From contig CM022675.1 of assembly GCA_012295275.1 (NCBI GenBank), positions 13,888,001-13,952,000 of the forward strand: a stretch of DNA of 64,000 bases. The letters run 5' to 3'. Both the position numbers and the translations under genes were made by a program. Source of the stretch: Chrysomallon squamiferum (taxonomy: Eukaryota; Animalia; Mollusca). Shown piece after piece: positions 1 through 13,233 of this stretch (position 1 is the stretch's first letter; each line of letters begins with the position of its first letter). The notes under the pieces were generated by a model, which was given only the letters and a program-made list of their open reading frames with translations, was not told the DNA's origin and did no database searches.

Positions 1-1619
1 GCATGTCTTTTTGCATCAATTTTATTATTTATTAATTAAATGTAAAAAATAATCATTTCTTTCACACCTTGGTACACGAACACACAGAGACACACACACT
101 CACACACTCAAACATTCAAACATCTGCACATACCACAAAAATGCAAACACTCTTATGACTTACATACAAGCATAAATATTATATTAGTATACAGGATATA
201 TATGACAGTAAGTCTATAGATTATTTTCTGTGTTAACTGTAATTATTACAGTCATTGTTAAAGTTGTCAGTTTCCTGTAGTTGTTACACATACAGTGATG
301 TTATTGGTAATGCGGGATGTTGTAATAAAATCATGATAACTATCATCTTCATTCAAACATTTAACAAGGCTACCAACAGGCTCATATTTACCAATAAAAC
401 AACCATGTTGGAAATACATTACCAATTCATTTACCATTAAGACAAACAACATTGGAAATAAATGGCAGTAATTTTACAGTAAAGCAACCACAATGTATAT
501 CATTTTACTAAATAAATTAAATTCATTTCAAAACTAATATTATCAAACTGAACAAATTATTATAATTTTTATCAGAAAAAAGATAAATTGTGTGGGTGTT
601 TTCATAAATTTTTAATATATTCCTGAATAAAATAACAATTATAAATTAATATAAATAATTGTCAAATATAATAATAATAATAACAACAACAACAATAACA
701 TTAACAGTAATAACAATAACAAGAGCAGCAACATCAACAACATCATCGTCATATAAAAAATTATGACCTAAAAAAAAGAGAGAGTGTATAACTACATTTC
801 CCACACTGCAGTGAACTGCAAACTGCAACAAGTCACTGACCTGTAAATTAGTGCTAACAAAGAGAAATGTTTTATAACTCTGTGTTATAGCCTGTAAATA
901 CTCATAAATCAGCTAAAAATATTTCTCTACTGATCTTACTGCACTGACAGCTAATAAATAATACAAGTGAATGAATGAACATGATACATACATTAAGACA
1001 AACACATACAGTGACATATTAACATATACAGTAATACATAAATTAACACATACAGTAATACATAAATTAACACATGGACATATAGTAACAGTGATGTACA
1101 TATATATATATATATAAATACACACACCTGTGTATCTGTATCTGTATCTATATAGATATAGATATAGATAGATACATAGGTGTTTGTGTGTGTATTGATA
1201 CATGTACAGTGATACATGCATTAAGTTAATGCTTAACACAAACACATACAATGATACATACATTAACACATAGTGATATACATATATTAATGTAGATAAA
1301 ACACAAATACATGTACTTCCATACAAACATCCTTATGCATATATGACACCTGTTTTATAATTTTTCTCTGTTCAGTGATAATGATATGTTGACTGGAATG
1401 GGAAAATCTGTATTTTTTTAAGTGGAATTAATGTGAAAACCTGATAAGTCTCACATAAATGATCAATCAAAGGTCATTTTGTTTGTTTCAGGAGACATTT
1501 TCATTTATTATTATTTTTATTTTTTTTAAATGCTTGTGTCTGTCTTGTAAGATTAAAACAGATCTGAGCTTAAATTAATATATCAGCAAATCTGTTACAT
1601 TTAATATGATATGCTTAAT

Positions 1620-1800
1620 AATGAGGTGTTATTGATGGCAATTATTTACATGATGTTTTGTTATTAATAACACAGTGGCTGCTGATGGCAAAATATTTGC
1701 ATGATGTTTTGTCCATAATATGGAGATAGCTGCTGAAGGCAAATTATTAACATAATATTTTATCCTTAATTAACTTGTTTAGTCCATAATATTGAGGTGG
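1620..1800. repeat. Degenerate ~52-bp tandem repeat, about 3 copies
   Basis: gctgatggcaaaatatttgcatgatgttttgtccataat variants. Confidence 0.6.
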
Positions 1801-2461
1801 TTTCTGAAACAGGTCAGATAGCAGACAAATAAAATTGATTAAGTTGATTCAACAAGTCTGATGTTCGCCGGTCAATTGGAATTCATTTTCATTAATTGTT
1901 GTCATGGTAATGCATGCACTTGCAGTAACTCTCTGTGGTTAATTTTTATTGATCAGTTCTTGCATTTCATGAATATGTGCGTCATGTGAATGTTAGACAA
2001 AGTGTAAAAATAACCAGATAATATCCTCAAACTGTTCACGTGAGTGTTGTCCCATTTCAAAATTTTGTATGTCCTGTCTTAAAATTATTGTACTTAATCC
2101 TACATCAAGCAGTAAAATTATCATTTACAGGTCTCTTCATGTATTAAAAATCTGATTATATACAGGATCCAGAGCTAGCAGTAGTGTTTCTACTATTAAA
2201 ATAATCATAAATATATTTGAAAATTTTAAACCTGAATTTCCAGAATTTTCATTATGGTGCAGCATCAGCCATTAAAAATATCATTTTTCTCTTTTTTGTT
2301 TTTTTTAATTTTTTTAATTTTAAGCTTAGTATTACTTGAAGGTCTGTAATCCAGTTTTAAAAATATTAATTACAAGCCTGTGAATTGATTTTAAAAACAA
2401 CATTTCAATACATGTTGTAGTAATTATCTCTGATGTATTAATTTGCAGTTCTAACACAGCA

Positions 2462-2760
2462 CAGAGCTGTTGCTCTATGGTAAGAGCATGGAATGATGCT
2501 TCACAGAAAGTTTGCTAGAGCAAACCTGTCAGATTTTTTTCCCAATCCAACTAGTCTCAGTCACTGATTTATATAATCTATGGCAATCTTGTGTCTGTGG
2601 AGAGGTGTATACAAAACATCTCTTGTTGCTGTTTAAAAAAGAGTTGTCCAGTGTGGTACAAAGTTCAGTTTCTGTATTTCATAAAGTTAAACCTGACATG
2701 ATACCATTCAACCATGTATTATAAGTGTTACATGTAATTAAAAAAACCCAACTTTTATCT
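2462..2760 (+). mobile_element. Degenerate tRNA-derived SINE, probably Meta/MESC-core type
   Basis: Decayed A-box-like head (tgttgctctatggtaagagc), a core tgtgtctgtggagaggtgtatacaaaacatctcttgttgctg resembling from memory the mollusc SINE core (ctgtgggaaagtgcatataaaagatcccttgctgc), and an A-rich tail. Confidence 0.4.
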
Positions 2761-2788
2761 CCTTTCCAGTGTGGTTTTTTTAATATAA

Positions 2789-2905
<117 letters not shown>

Positions 2906-4076
2906 TATACTAACACTGGTTTTGGATGAGATATATTATTTTTCTTTTGATCTTTTTAACTTATTAACTTTTTATTTGTGTATGTGTGTGGGAAACTTGT
3001 ACCTTAAAACAATAACAGTAACATCCATGATTGAAAACCATTTTAACAATACTTTTTTTTAATGCATTAGTTTGTAAAAGTTATATTTATTTAACAACAG
3101 AAAACAAGAGCATTGTTTTGTTTGTCACAGTCTGTATGAAAGATTTTGTAATCTAGAGAGACACTGAGTACAGTTTGTGACAAGACATAGACTTTCTTTT
3201 GTCACCAGGGTAATACACCTCCTCTTGTCACCATGGTGATACATTCCATGACAATGAAATGTTGAGAGAATGAGTTGTATGAAGGAAAAAACAGGTTTTA
3301 TATGACATAAGTTTATTTGTTTATTTTTTTAAAGTAATGCTTTAATAGGTGTCATTGTAGTCTGTACTTCTCCAAGTGAGTTAACATACTTTTTTTTCAA
3401 GGTTAAATGTTTAACGACATTTTGAATGTGTCTTTAAATGATTTATATCTAGAGATATACACATTTAGGTACTTTTTTTTGCAAATTATAAATGAATTAA
3501 TATATTTATGTAAAATAATTTTGATATCATTTCATAATAATATTGTGTTTGTGTTAATGAAGAAATCTGTGTAGATAAATTCAGTGAGTATTAAAACACA
3601 GTGATGCAAACACGTAAAAACAGAGAGTGATGGAAAAATGTGTGTGGATTAAATTCAGTGATGTAAACTTGTATAAACAGTGAGTGATGGAAACAGGTCA
3701 GATGATTTCTGTCATTGTCATCCTTCCTGTGATTATCTCTAACCAGGAAATCATTAAACATCTCTACTCCAATTTTACACTGCTCCGCCAATTATGTTAT
3801 GAATGGATAAACAGACTAACAGATGACTACTGTTTTGTTAAAACAACAGAAATGACAATAGTATGTTAATGTGTGTTAAAATGAGTGAAATGATAACATT
3901 ACGTTAGTCAGTGTGTTAAAATAATGTAATAGTATTGTGTTAATGTGTTAAAATAATGGAAATGATAATATTATATTAATCAATGTGTTAAAATAATGGA
4001 AATGATAGTATTGTGGTAATGTGTTAACACTACAGTTTTGTTTTCTCTAGGAGTGTGAAAAGATTTTCAAGTAGCC

Positions 4077-4095
4077 ATGGCTTCAGGAACAGAAG
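4077..4095 (+). CDS. wHTH-PNP gene coding exon 1 (MASGTE); exon starts at 4051 after an acceptor, so a non-coding exon lies upstream
   Basis: ttttctctag|gagtg...gccATGG (good Kozak context)...GAAG|gtaaaa; phase 1. Confidence 0.7.
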
Positions 4096-7000
4096 GTAAA
4101 ACAAATTTATTATTATTTAATTTTCTTCTTCATCATTTGCAAGAAAACTATTAGCTGTAGAATTGTTAATAAATATATTAACAATACCTGTCTTATCTAT
4201 ACTAATTAAAAACATTGCTGGCATGTATTTACTATATACATCTATATACATCTTATTTATCTCAGTGACCACAGCACCAAATATTTTTTACTCCTTCTTT
4301 CCTTTCTTCATTCCTTTATATCGTCATTCCTTTATTCATTTATTTATTTATTTTACCTATTTACATAACAGAAATAGTGATGACTCCTACTAAAAAGGGA
4401 AAAGCGACACACATCAAGATTGAAAGAAAGCAAAAGAAGCAAAGTGCTGATGTTGACTCTGTGGTGCATGTTGCTGGAGGTGAACATAAGGGCCTTGTCA
4501 TCACGAAGGAATCCACAGGTACGTAGCTGTTTTGTCACTAGCCTTGTGATGTTGTTTTACTTATTCTGTTGTTGTAAAGTGTCACCTAAAAGTCATCCAT
4601 GTAACAGCTTTTCTGTGACCACCATTGGTAAAGAAAACTTCTTTAGCTGAAATTTTCTGATAGACAATCAAAAAGCTCTCATGATTTGACAGAGCTCCAC
4701 TCTTCCCGTTATGTGACTTTGTTTATTTTTGTTTTGAAAACAAAATGAGAAATGTCAGACTGGTAGAAAAGTGAAATTAGGAAAAAGACAGCAGATGTTT
4801 ATGTTGTGTAGGTAACACTGCATTGAACATCTCACTGGGTCTGCTTATATGCCATGTTGTGTTTGATTTTATACTGTGTGTTACATACATCTCAAAGGGT
4901 CTGCTTATATGCCATGTTGTGTTTGATTTTATATTGTATGTTACATACATCTCACTGGGCATGCTTATATAGCATGTTGTGTTTGATTTTGTATTGTGTT
5001 ACATACATCTCACTGGGTATGCTCATATACCATGTTGTGTTTGATTTTATATTGTATGTTACATACATCTAACAATATATACAACACTACACTGTGTATA
5101 TAATTTTATATTGTGTTTTACATAGATCTAACTAACATATTCAACAAAGTATAAATTGTGTTTTACATGTATCTAACTAACAAAATAAACAACACCTCAC
5201 TGTATGATTTTATATTTATTGTTACATGTATCTAACAATATGTGCAACACCACATTGTGTGTGATTTTATAGTCTCTTGCATACATCTAACAACATATAC
5301 AACACCATGTTGTATGCAATTTTATATTCAGTACTGTGTTACAGATATCTAACAATATACAAAACATCACAGTGTATGAATTTATATTGTATGTTGCATA
5401 TATCTAACAATATATACAACACCAGAATGTATATATGATTTTATATTGTATTCTATATGTATCTAACAATATAATAACATTTTATATGATATTATACATT
5501 TTACAGATATTTGATACTAATATGTTACATGATTATCTGAGATATATAATTATTTCCCCAGATATGTATTATTTACATGTATGATATATTTGTTATCTAA
5601 CAGTAGTAGGTAATTAAAAATGAAACACATGCACAGACACACATACATACACAATCACACTCAGAAAAACTGTTACTTGTTGTTTTTATTCTGCTTATTT
5701 TATCTATGTTTTTGATACTGTAAAGTAATTTTAAGAATCCATTCACTTGTGATTATTTATGTTACAGTCCAGCCCTGTATGTAACTTACATAAACTAGAA
5801 TTTTCTGAAATGTAAATAGAATTGTGTATCACACATTGGGAATCATGTTAGCTTTGACAGGTGGTGCTGCTCACTACAAAGCCTGCGAAATTATTTATTG
5901 ATGAATGTTAATGTTTATGTGGCCATGTGTTTGTGTTTTCATTCCAGCTTCTTGCAGTATTTAGGTCATCTGTGCATGATAAGCATATTAAAAAATAAGC
6001 CAGTTCCTTGAAATAGTTTCCTAGCATGAGTCTGTGTTTTGTTAACATACAGAAATAAAACACGTATACACCTATGTTGACTCACATAAATATAGTACCT
6101 ACATACACAAAATACAGTAATAATACACCTTCACATACATACAAACATAAAAAAAACACAGTCTGTTTCTCCACATTTCTTGTACACACAATTCACACAG
6201 GTTTAAAATTCACATAGTTACAGAAAGTATTTGTCAAGTTTTACTCTAATATAGGTAAACAAAAATCTATCGACATTTTAAAACAAAATCATTAATAATC
6301 TCAGTAAAATGGAATGTGTGTGAAACATAATTTATATTATTATGTTAATATTCTGTGTTTGTTTGAACGAGATGTCAGATTTGTTATTTATAAAAGAAAG
6401 TATACGTTGGTTTATTTTGTACATGTATATCTAATAAATATAACAGCATTGCTGTGTAAAGCCATGTGATATAAACTGATATGAAATGTTTAATCTAAAC
6501 AGAACTGATTGATTGGTTTCTCTAATCTGCTGCAACATGTTGAATATGTCTAATATTCAACAACATACAGCAATGTGCATCTTGTCTAAGTCTTGTAAAA
6601 TAAATACTTTAGTATTTTAACTTAGCTTTATCATTTCTCAAAACTGTATTTTGTTTAAGTGTTTCATGAAAATACGACACTGTACTATATTCATAATTTT
6701 ACATCATCAGATTTTTCAAAATTATCTTAAAATCACTAATATTATTATAAGTAATGAAAGTCGTAATATAAATAATGTAAAGGAAAAGGTTAATATAAGT
6801 AATGTAAGTAAAAGGTTAATATAAGTAATGTAAGTAAAAGGTTAATATAAGTAATGTAAGTAAAAGGTTAATATAAGTAATGTAAGTAAACGTTAATATA
6901 AATAATATAAGTGAAAGAGTTGATATGAATAATGTAAGTAAAAGAGTTAATATAAATAATGTAAGTAAAAGAGTTAATATAAGTAATGTAAGTAAAAGAG

Positions 7001-10000
7001 TTAATATCAATAATGTAAGTAAAAGAGTTAATATAAATAATGTAAGTAAAAGAGTTAATATAAGTAATGTAAGTAAAAGAGTTAATATAAGTAATGTAAG
7101 TAAAAGAGTTAATATAAGAAATGTAAATAAAAGAGATAATATAAATAATGTAAGTAAAAGAGTTAATATAAGTAATGTAATAAAAAGAGTTAATATAAGT
7201 AATGTAAGTAAAAGAGTTAATATAAATAATGTAAGTAAAAGAGTTAATATAAATAATGTAAGTAAAAGAGTTAATATCAATAATGTAAGTGAAAGAGTTA
7301 ATATAAATAATGTAAGTAAAAGTTAATATAAGTAATGTAAGTAAAAGAGTTAATATAAGTAATGTAAGTAAAAGGTTAATATAAGTAATGTAAGTAAACG
7401 TTAATATAAATAATATAAGTGAAAGAGTTGATATGAATAATGTAAGTAAAAGAGTTAATATAAATAATGTAAGTAAAAGAGTTAATATAAGTAATGTAAG
7501 TAAAAGAGTTAATATCAATAATGTAAGTAAAAGAGTTAATATAAATAATGTAAGTAAAAGAGTTAATATAAATAATGTAAGTAAAAGAGTTAATATAAGT
7601 AATGTAAGTAAAAGAGTTAATATAAGTAATGTAAATAAAAGAGATAATATAAATAATGTAAGTAAAAGAGTTAATATAAGTAATGTAAGTAAAAGAGTTA
7701 ATATAAGTAATGTAAGTAAAAGAGTTAATATAAATAATGTAAGTAAAAGAGTTAATATAAATAATGTAAGTAAAAGAGTTAATATAAATAATGTAAGTGA
7801 AAGAGTTAATATAAATAATGTAAGTAAAAGTTAATATAAGTAATGTAAATAAAAGAGATAATATAAATAATGTAAGTAAAAGAGTTAATATAAGTAATGT
7901 AATAAAAAAAGTTAATATAAGTAATGTAAGTAAAAAGTTAATATAAATAATGTAAGTAAAAGGGTTAAGAATGTAAGTGAAATAATATACAATGTGTTGA
8001 ATATATTGTTAGAGGCATGCAACATACAATATAAAATTATATACAATGTGGTGTTGTATATATTGTTAGATACATGTAAGATAATATAAATAATGTAAAG
8101 GAAAAGGTTAATATAAGTTATGATATTTTATTTTGTAAAAAGTTTTTCTTTTAAGAATTTTTTATGTAATGATTATTTATTTATTTAATTATTATTATTG
8201 CTGTTGTTGTTATTATTATTATTTATTTGTTTATTTTTCCAGGAGAGGATGATTTTGGAAAACCAGAACTACAGATTGGTTTCATGTGTTTCCTGCTTGA
8301 TCAGAAAACTAACAAACATTTCGTGGTTTGTATTTGACAAAATCATATTTCACCAACATTTTGTATATAAACCAATATTTCTTATCTTTGTTATAAATTT
8401 TATTATTATGTACATTTTAAGTCCATTGTAAATGAATAGCATGTGTTTATGTGTTTCTTTATTTTGTTTGTGATTCATTGTCAGATAGTTCTCTTCAGTG
8501 AATTATTTCCTCCCCAAGGGAGGGAAAGTGTGTCTGAGATTGAGAGTGAGAGTGAGAGTAAGAGTGAATGACTGAATGACTGGCATGAAAAAAAGTCAAT
8601 TATACAAATACTTTCAATTCTTTTCTTCTTCTTCATCTTCTTCTTGTTATTGTAAGCAATTGCACAATAAAAAGTTACAGAATCATGTTAAATTTGATCA
8701 CATTTCTTTCTTGGTGGCTCATAAATATTCATATTGTTGATAGAGTGTACCCAGGCTTTCTTTTTGTTTTATTATTATTATTTTTTAATGTTATTACCTA
8801 TCTTACAAGTAGTGTATTTCTATATATAATAGATTATTCATGCATTTTTTTAAATGTTATTGTGTGTTTATGTATGTGTGATAGTCTGTATCCAGACTTT
8901 TTAAAAATTGAATTACACATCTGTATTTATATGCTTCATAGATTGCATGTTTTTTTGTTTTTTTAAATTATATATATATATATATCTTATAATTATATAT
9001 TTATGTAGTATATCCAGACTTTTTGCCCAGTAATAACATGATTAACTGATTTTGTAGGAAAGTCGTAAGCTTCAGTTCTGGTACAAAGAGGGGACAGACT
9101 ATTACCATCAAGTGACCACAGCCTACGAATTCTTCAAAGAGCTTGTACGACCAGAAAACTTCCCAAGAGGTGTGATTTTATCTTTATTTAACTCCTTATA
9201 TTTTTGTTTATTTTGTTATTTTATATAATCAGTGCATTATAATTCTTAATATTTAATTTTTTTTTTATATTTCATTTCATTTATTCATTTAATTGTTTAT
9301 TTATTTTTACTAAAACACATTTTCACATTATTTACTTTTTTTTTTTTTTTGAAGTAAGCACTGGTTCTGTTTATTTAATATTTCATTGAAATTATTATAT
9401 TGTTTAGTCACAGTTAATGTTATGGATTATTATATTTCTTTGATTAATACATTGTGTGAACTGATATTTATTTACTATGTTATCAAGATTGATATTATAT
9501 TTAATTAATGAGTTATACAGATTAATATTACATTTAATGTGCTATACAGGTTGATATTATATTTATTTACTGTGCTATTCATGTTGATATTATATTTATT
9601 TACTATGCCTTACAGGTTGATATTATATTTATTTACTATGCTTTACAGGTTGATATTATATTTATTTACTATGCTTTACAGTTTGGTATTATATTTATTT
9701 ACTGTGCTATACATGTTGGTATTATATTTATTTACTGTGTTATGGATATGATAGATGTGTTTTGATTTTCAGACTACATTGGTTTTATAAAGAAATGTAT
9801 GAAACAGATGCAGGGAGAGAAGTATGCGCTGGCAAAGAAAGTAGATTTAGAAATAGAACAGTTGGAAGAAGGCGAGGCACCCTCTGACCCAGGTAATTAT
9901 ATCATCATCATCAGTGTTGTTATTATAGTATTATTATTATTATTATTATTAAAACATACAAAATATATTTTACATAACAATAAATCTATTTTCATACACT

Positions 10001-10675
10001 GACCAGGTTTTTATATTAAAAGCAATTTTAATTTCAATATACTTTATATTATTACACAAGAAATACCCTGAAGACCTAAATAAAAAAAAAAATTCCATTT
10101 TTAAAATTATACACAAAATAAGATTTATTCATGACAGACTATTTATATTTTTAACTACTTTGTTCCAGCCCAAACATCTTTTTTTTCTGAGATTTAATAT
10201 CAATCTTTCCACAAGATATTTATTTATTTATTTGTTTATTTGTTTAAAATCTTTAAACAGAAAACAAATTTAAATATGATTATTAATAAACTGGTTGTTT
10301 GTGTTTGGTGGCAGAACTGGTTTTGGGGAAGTGAAAAAGCCTGCTTAGTTAATATTAATTAAAACCACCTTGTCTGTCTGTCTGTTTGTCACATTTGAAA
10401 TTAGGTAACTTAAAAGTAGGATGACAATTTACATTTGTAAAGTAAATATAACACAATTTTATGATTGATGAAGTTTATTTATGTACAATACTTATTATAT
10501 TAAATGTGAATTAATAGCAGGTATGGTGTGTGTGTGTGTGTCTGTGTGTTAGAAAGATTTGGTATATGACTCAATTGTTGCAGGTTGGACAAAAATATCA
10601 GTAAAATTTCTTAGTGTGAATTGTTTTGTTTCAAATTAAACTATTTATTTAAAAAAAATAAAAAAAAAAAAAAAA

Positions 10676-10707
<32 letters not shown>

Positions 10708-13173
10708 TAATGAAATAAATATCAATATAAGCCAGTTTTCCTTGTGGAATATTTTGCAAAAATGTTTCATGTTAAAATATTCTAAATTAGATTAATTCCC
10801 AATCCAACCCCTTTTTTTCCTCTGTAAACTAACTCTTCTATAAATCTTTTCTTTCTGCTTAGCCAATATGATTCCTGTTGAGGAGTTTGGTAGGTGGCGC
10901 TGCTTTCTCTGTGCATGCTTCAGCACTTAATGTGTCAAGTGTTTTCATTGGTTCAAAATTGTAATTTACATCTTTTTTTCTTTTTTTTTTTTTTTTCTTA
11001 TTATTTTTAATTAAATATAAAACATTTGGCTTGTTTCAAATAAAAAGATTTATAATTAATAAGTTTCATTTACCTGGCTAAATCAGTCTTTTTGTTTTTT
11101 GAAGGAAGAAGTTTCTTTTCAATGTTTACTTTTTTCCATAATTCAGTAATGCTTTTACAGAATGTATTTTATTCAATTTTTATTTTATTTTATTTGCTTA
11201 TTTACATGTTTATTTGTTTTTATTTATTTATTTATTTATTTATTAATTTATTTTAGGCATGGTTTTGCTGTTTTGATTTATATTTCATTGACAACATGAT
11301 TATTTGACAGTGTTTTTGAGCTTGTTAATTTTATTTGAAGTGTTTTAGATTTAAACTAATACTGATTTAGAAAGAATAATTATTAAACAATTTTTTTTAT
11401 TGTGTTTGCTACAGTGTTCTAGTGAAGGTGGAACAATCTAACTTTTAATTTTAGATTTATTTAAATTCTTCTAATTTGTGATGTTTGCATCATCTGCATT
11501 GCTTACAACCTCATCCAATTTTATTTTTAATTATTTATTTCATTATCTGGAAAATTATTTTTGTCTAAAATTGTGTGTGTGTGTGTGGCACATACACATA
11601 TTTGTATACACACATAGATATGTAATTTTTTTATGCTATTTTGTTTGTATGACTAAAACTGGAATCTGCATGTAACAATAATAATTATATGAGTGTAATA
11701 TGTGATGTTTGATTGAGCTGAGTAAACATTCTGTAGTTTATCAATGTATATAACAGTCACTAATCTGTTCAGTCCATAGTGACAATTTCATTAGTGACAC
11801 TGAGTTGAATGGACATATTCAGTATGTCAGTTATTTTGTCAGTTCTAATAGTGACAGTACCCAAAGCTGTAACATAATCTCAAGTGTATCACATATCATG
11901 TGACAATACCATCTGATTCCATCAGAGTTCTAATGTTTGCTGCTGCATTGTTAAATGTTTATGCCACAATGGTTATGAAGATTATAATAAAATAAAAATT
12001 TGAACAACAACGATAAAAGGAAAATTGGAAAACAAAATTATATTGTATATTACTTTAAAAAATTGCTAAAATTAAAGAAAAGATTTTCAGTTTATTTTTA
12101 TTTTTGTGGAAAGAAAGAAAAAAAATGATTTTCAAAGTGGTGTTTTATTTTTGTGGGTAAAATTGAAAAAGATTTTCAAAGATTATTTTTATTTACTGCT
12201 GCTAGGAATTGAGGGTATTCGTCGCAATGGTAAGTGTAAAATGTCAACTAGATGAATTAACTAAGAGATCTCTAGTAAAGATGAATTAACTAAGATTTAT
12301 CTCTAGTAAAAACTTGACTTTTCACTGTGAAATTAGAATTTTATCTTGTCTAGTAAAAACTTGACTTTTCACTGTGAAATTAGAATTTATCTAACTTATG
12401 AAGTAAAAACTTGACTTTTCACAGTGAAATTAGAATTTATCTAACTTGTCTAGTAAAAACTTGACTTTTCACTGTGAAATTAGAATTTATCTAACTTGTC
12501 TAGTAAAAACTTGACTTTTCATTGTAAAATCACAATTTATCTAACTTGTCTAGTAAAAACTTGACTTTTCATTGTAAAATCACAATTTATCTAACTTGTT
12601 TAGTAAAAACATTGCAAATAGAGAATGTATATACACTGTAATTTTAGAATGTATCTAATAGTCAAGTCAAATAAGTTCTCTAGAGAAAATGTATATGTAT
12701 TTTATATACAGTACACACACACATTATAAATACAAAATCAGTATACGTTATAGATTCAGAATGTATCTAACTTTCATGTAAAATTGTATACATTGTAAAC
12801 AGAGAATGTATCTAAATTTATAGTATAATTAAATAAGTTCTACAGAAAAAATTGTTATAGGTTGCAGTCCACAGAGCATTCTGTACTTTTATCTAATTTG
12901 ACATTAGATAGGCAAAACTTGACAAAATCAGAATATTTCTCTATCAACCAATAGGGATATGCATTATATCCACAGAATACTGTTAATTACTGTGTGTGTG
13001 TGTGTGTGTGCACGCACGCGCATGTGTGATAGTTGACTTCTGTCACTGCCGGGCTTATGAAAATAAATATAAACAATGAGTTTTATAATTAAAGTATGAA
13101 TTTAGATTTTAAAATTAACTCATTGTGTTGAGCAGATATTGTTGAAACTATTTATTTTTATTTTTATTTTTAT

Positions 13174-13233
<60 letters not shown>

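Noticed and set aside
6816-7834. Long ORFs (133-216 aa) on both strands
   Set aside because: Translations of the 27-bp minisatellite; periodic, intronic
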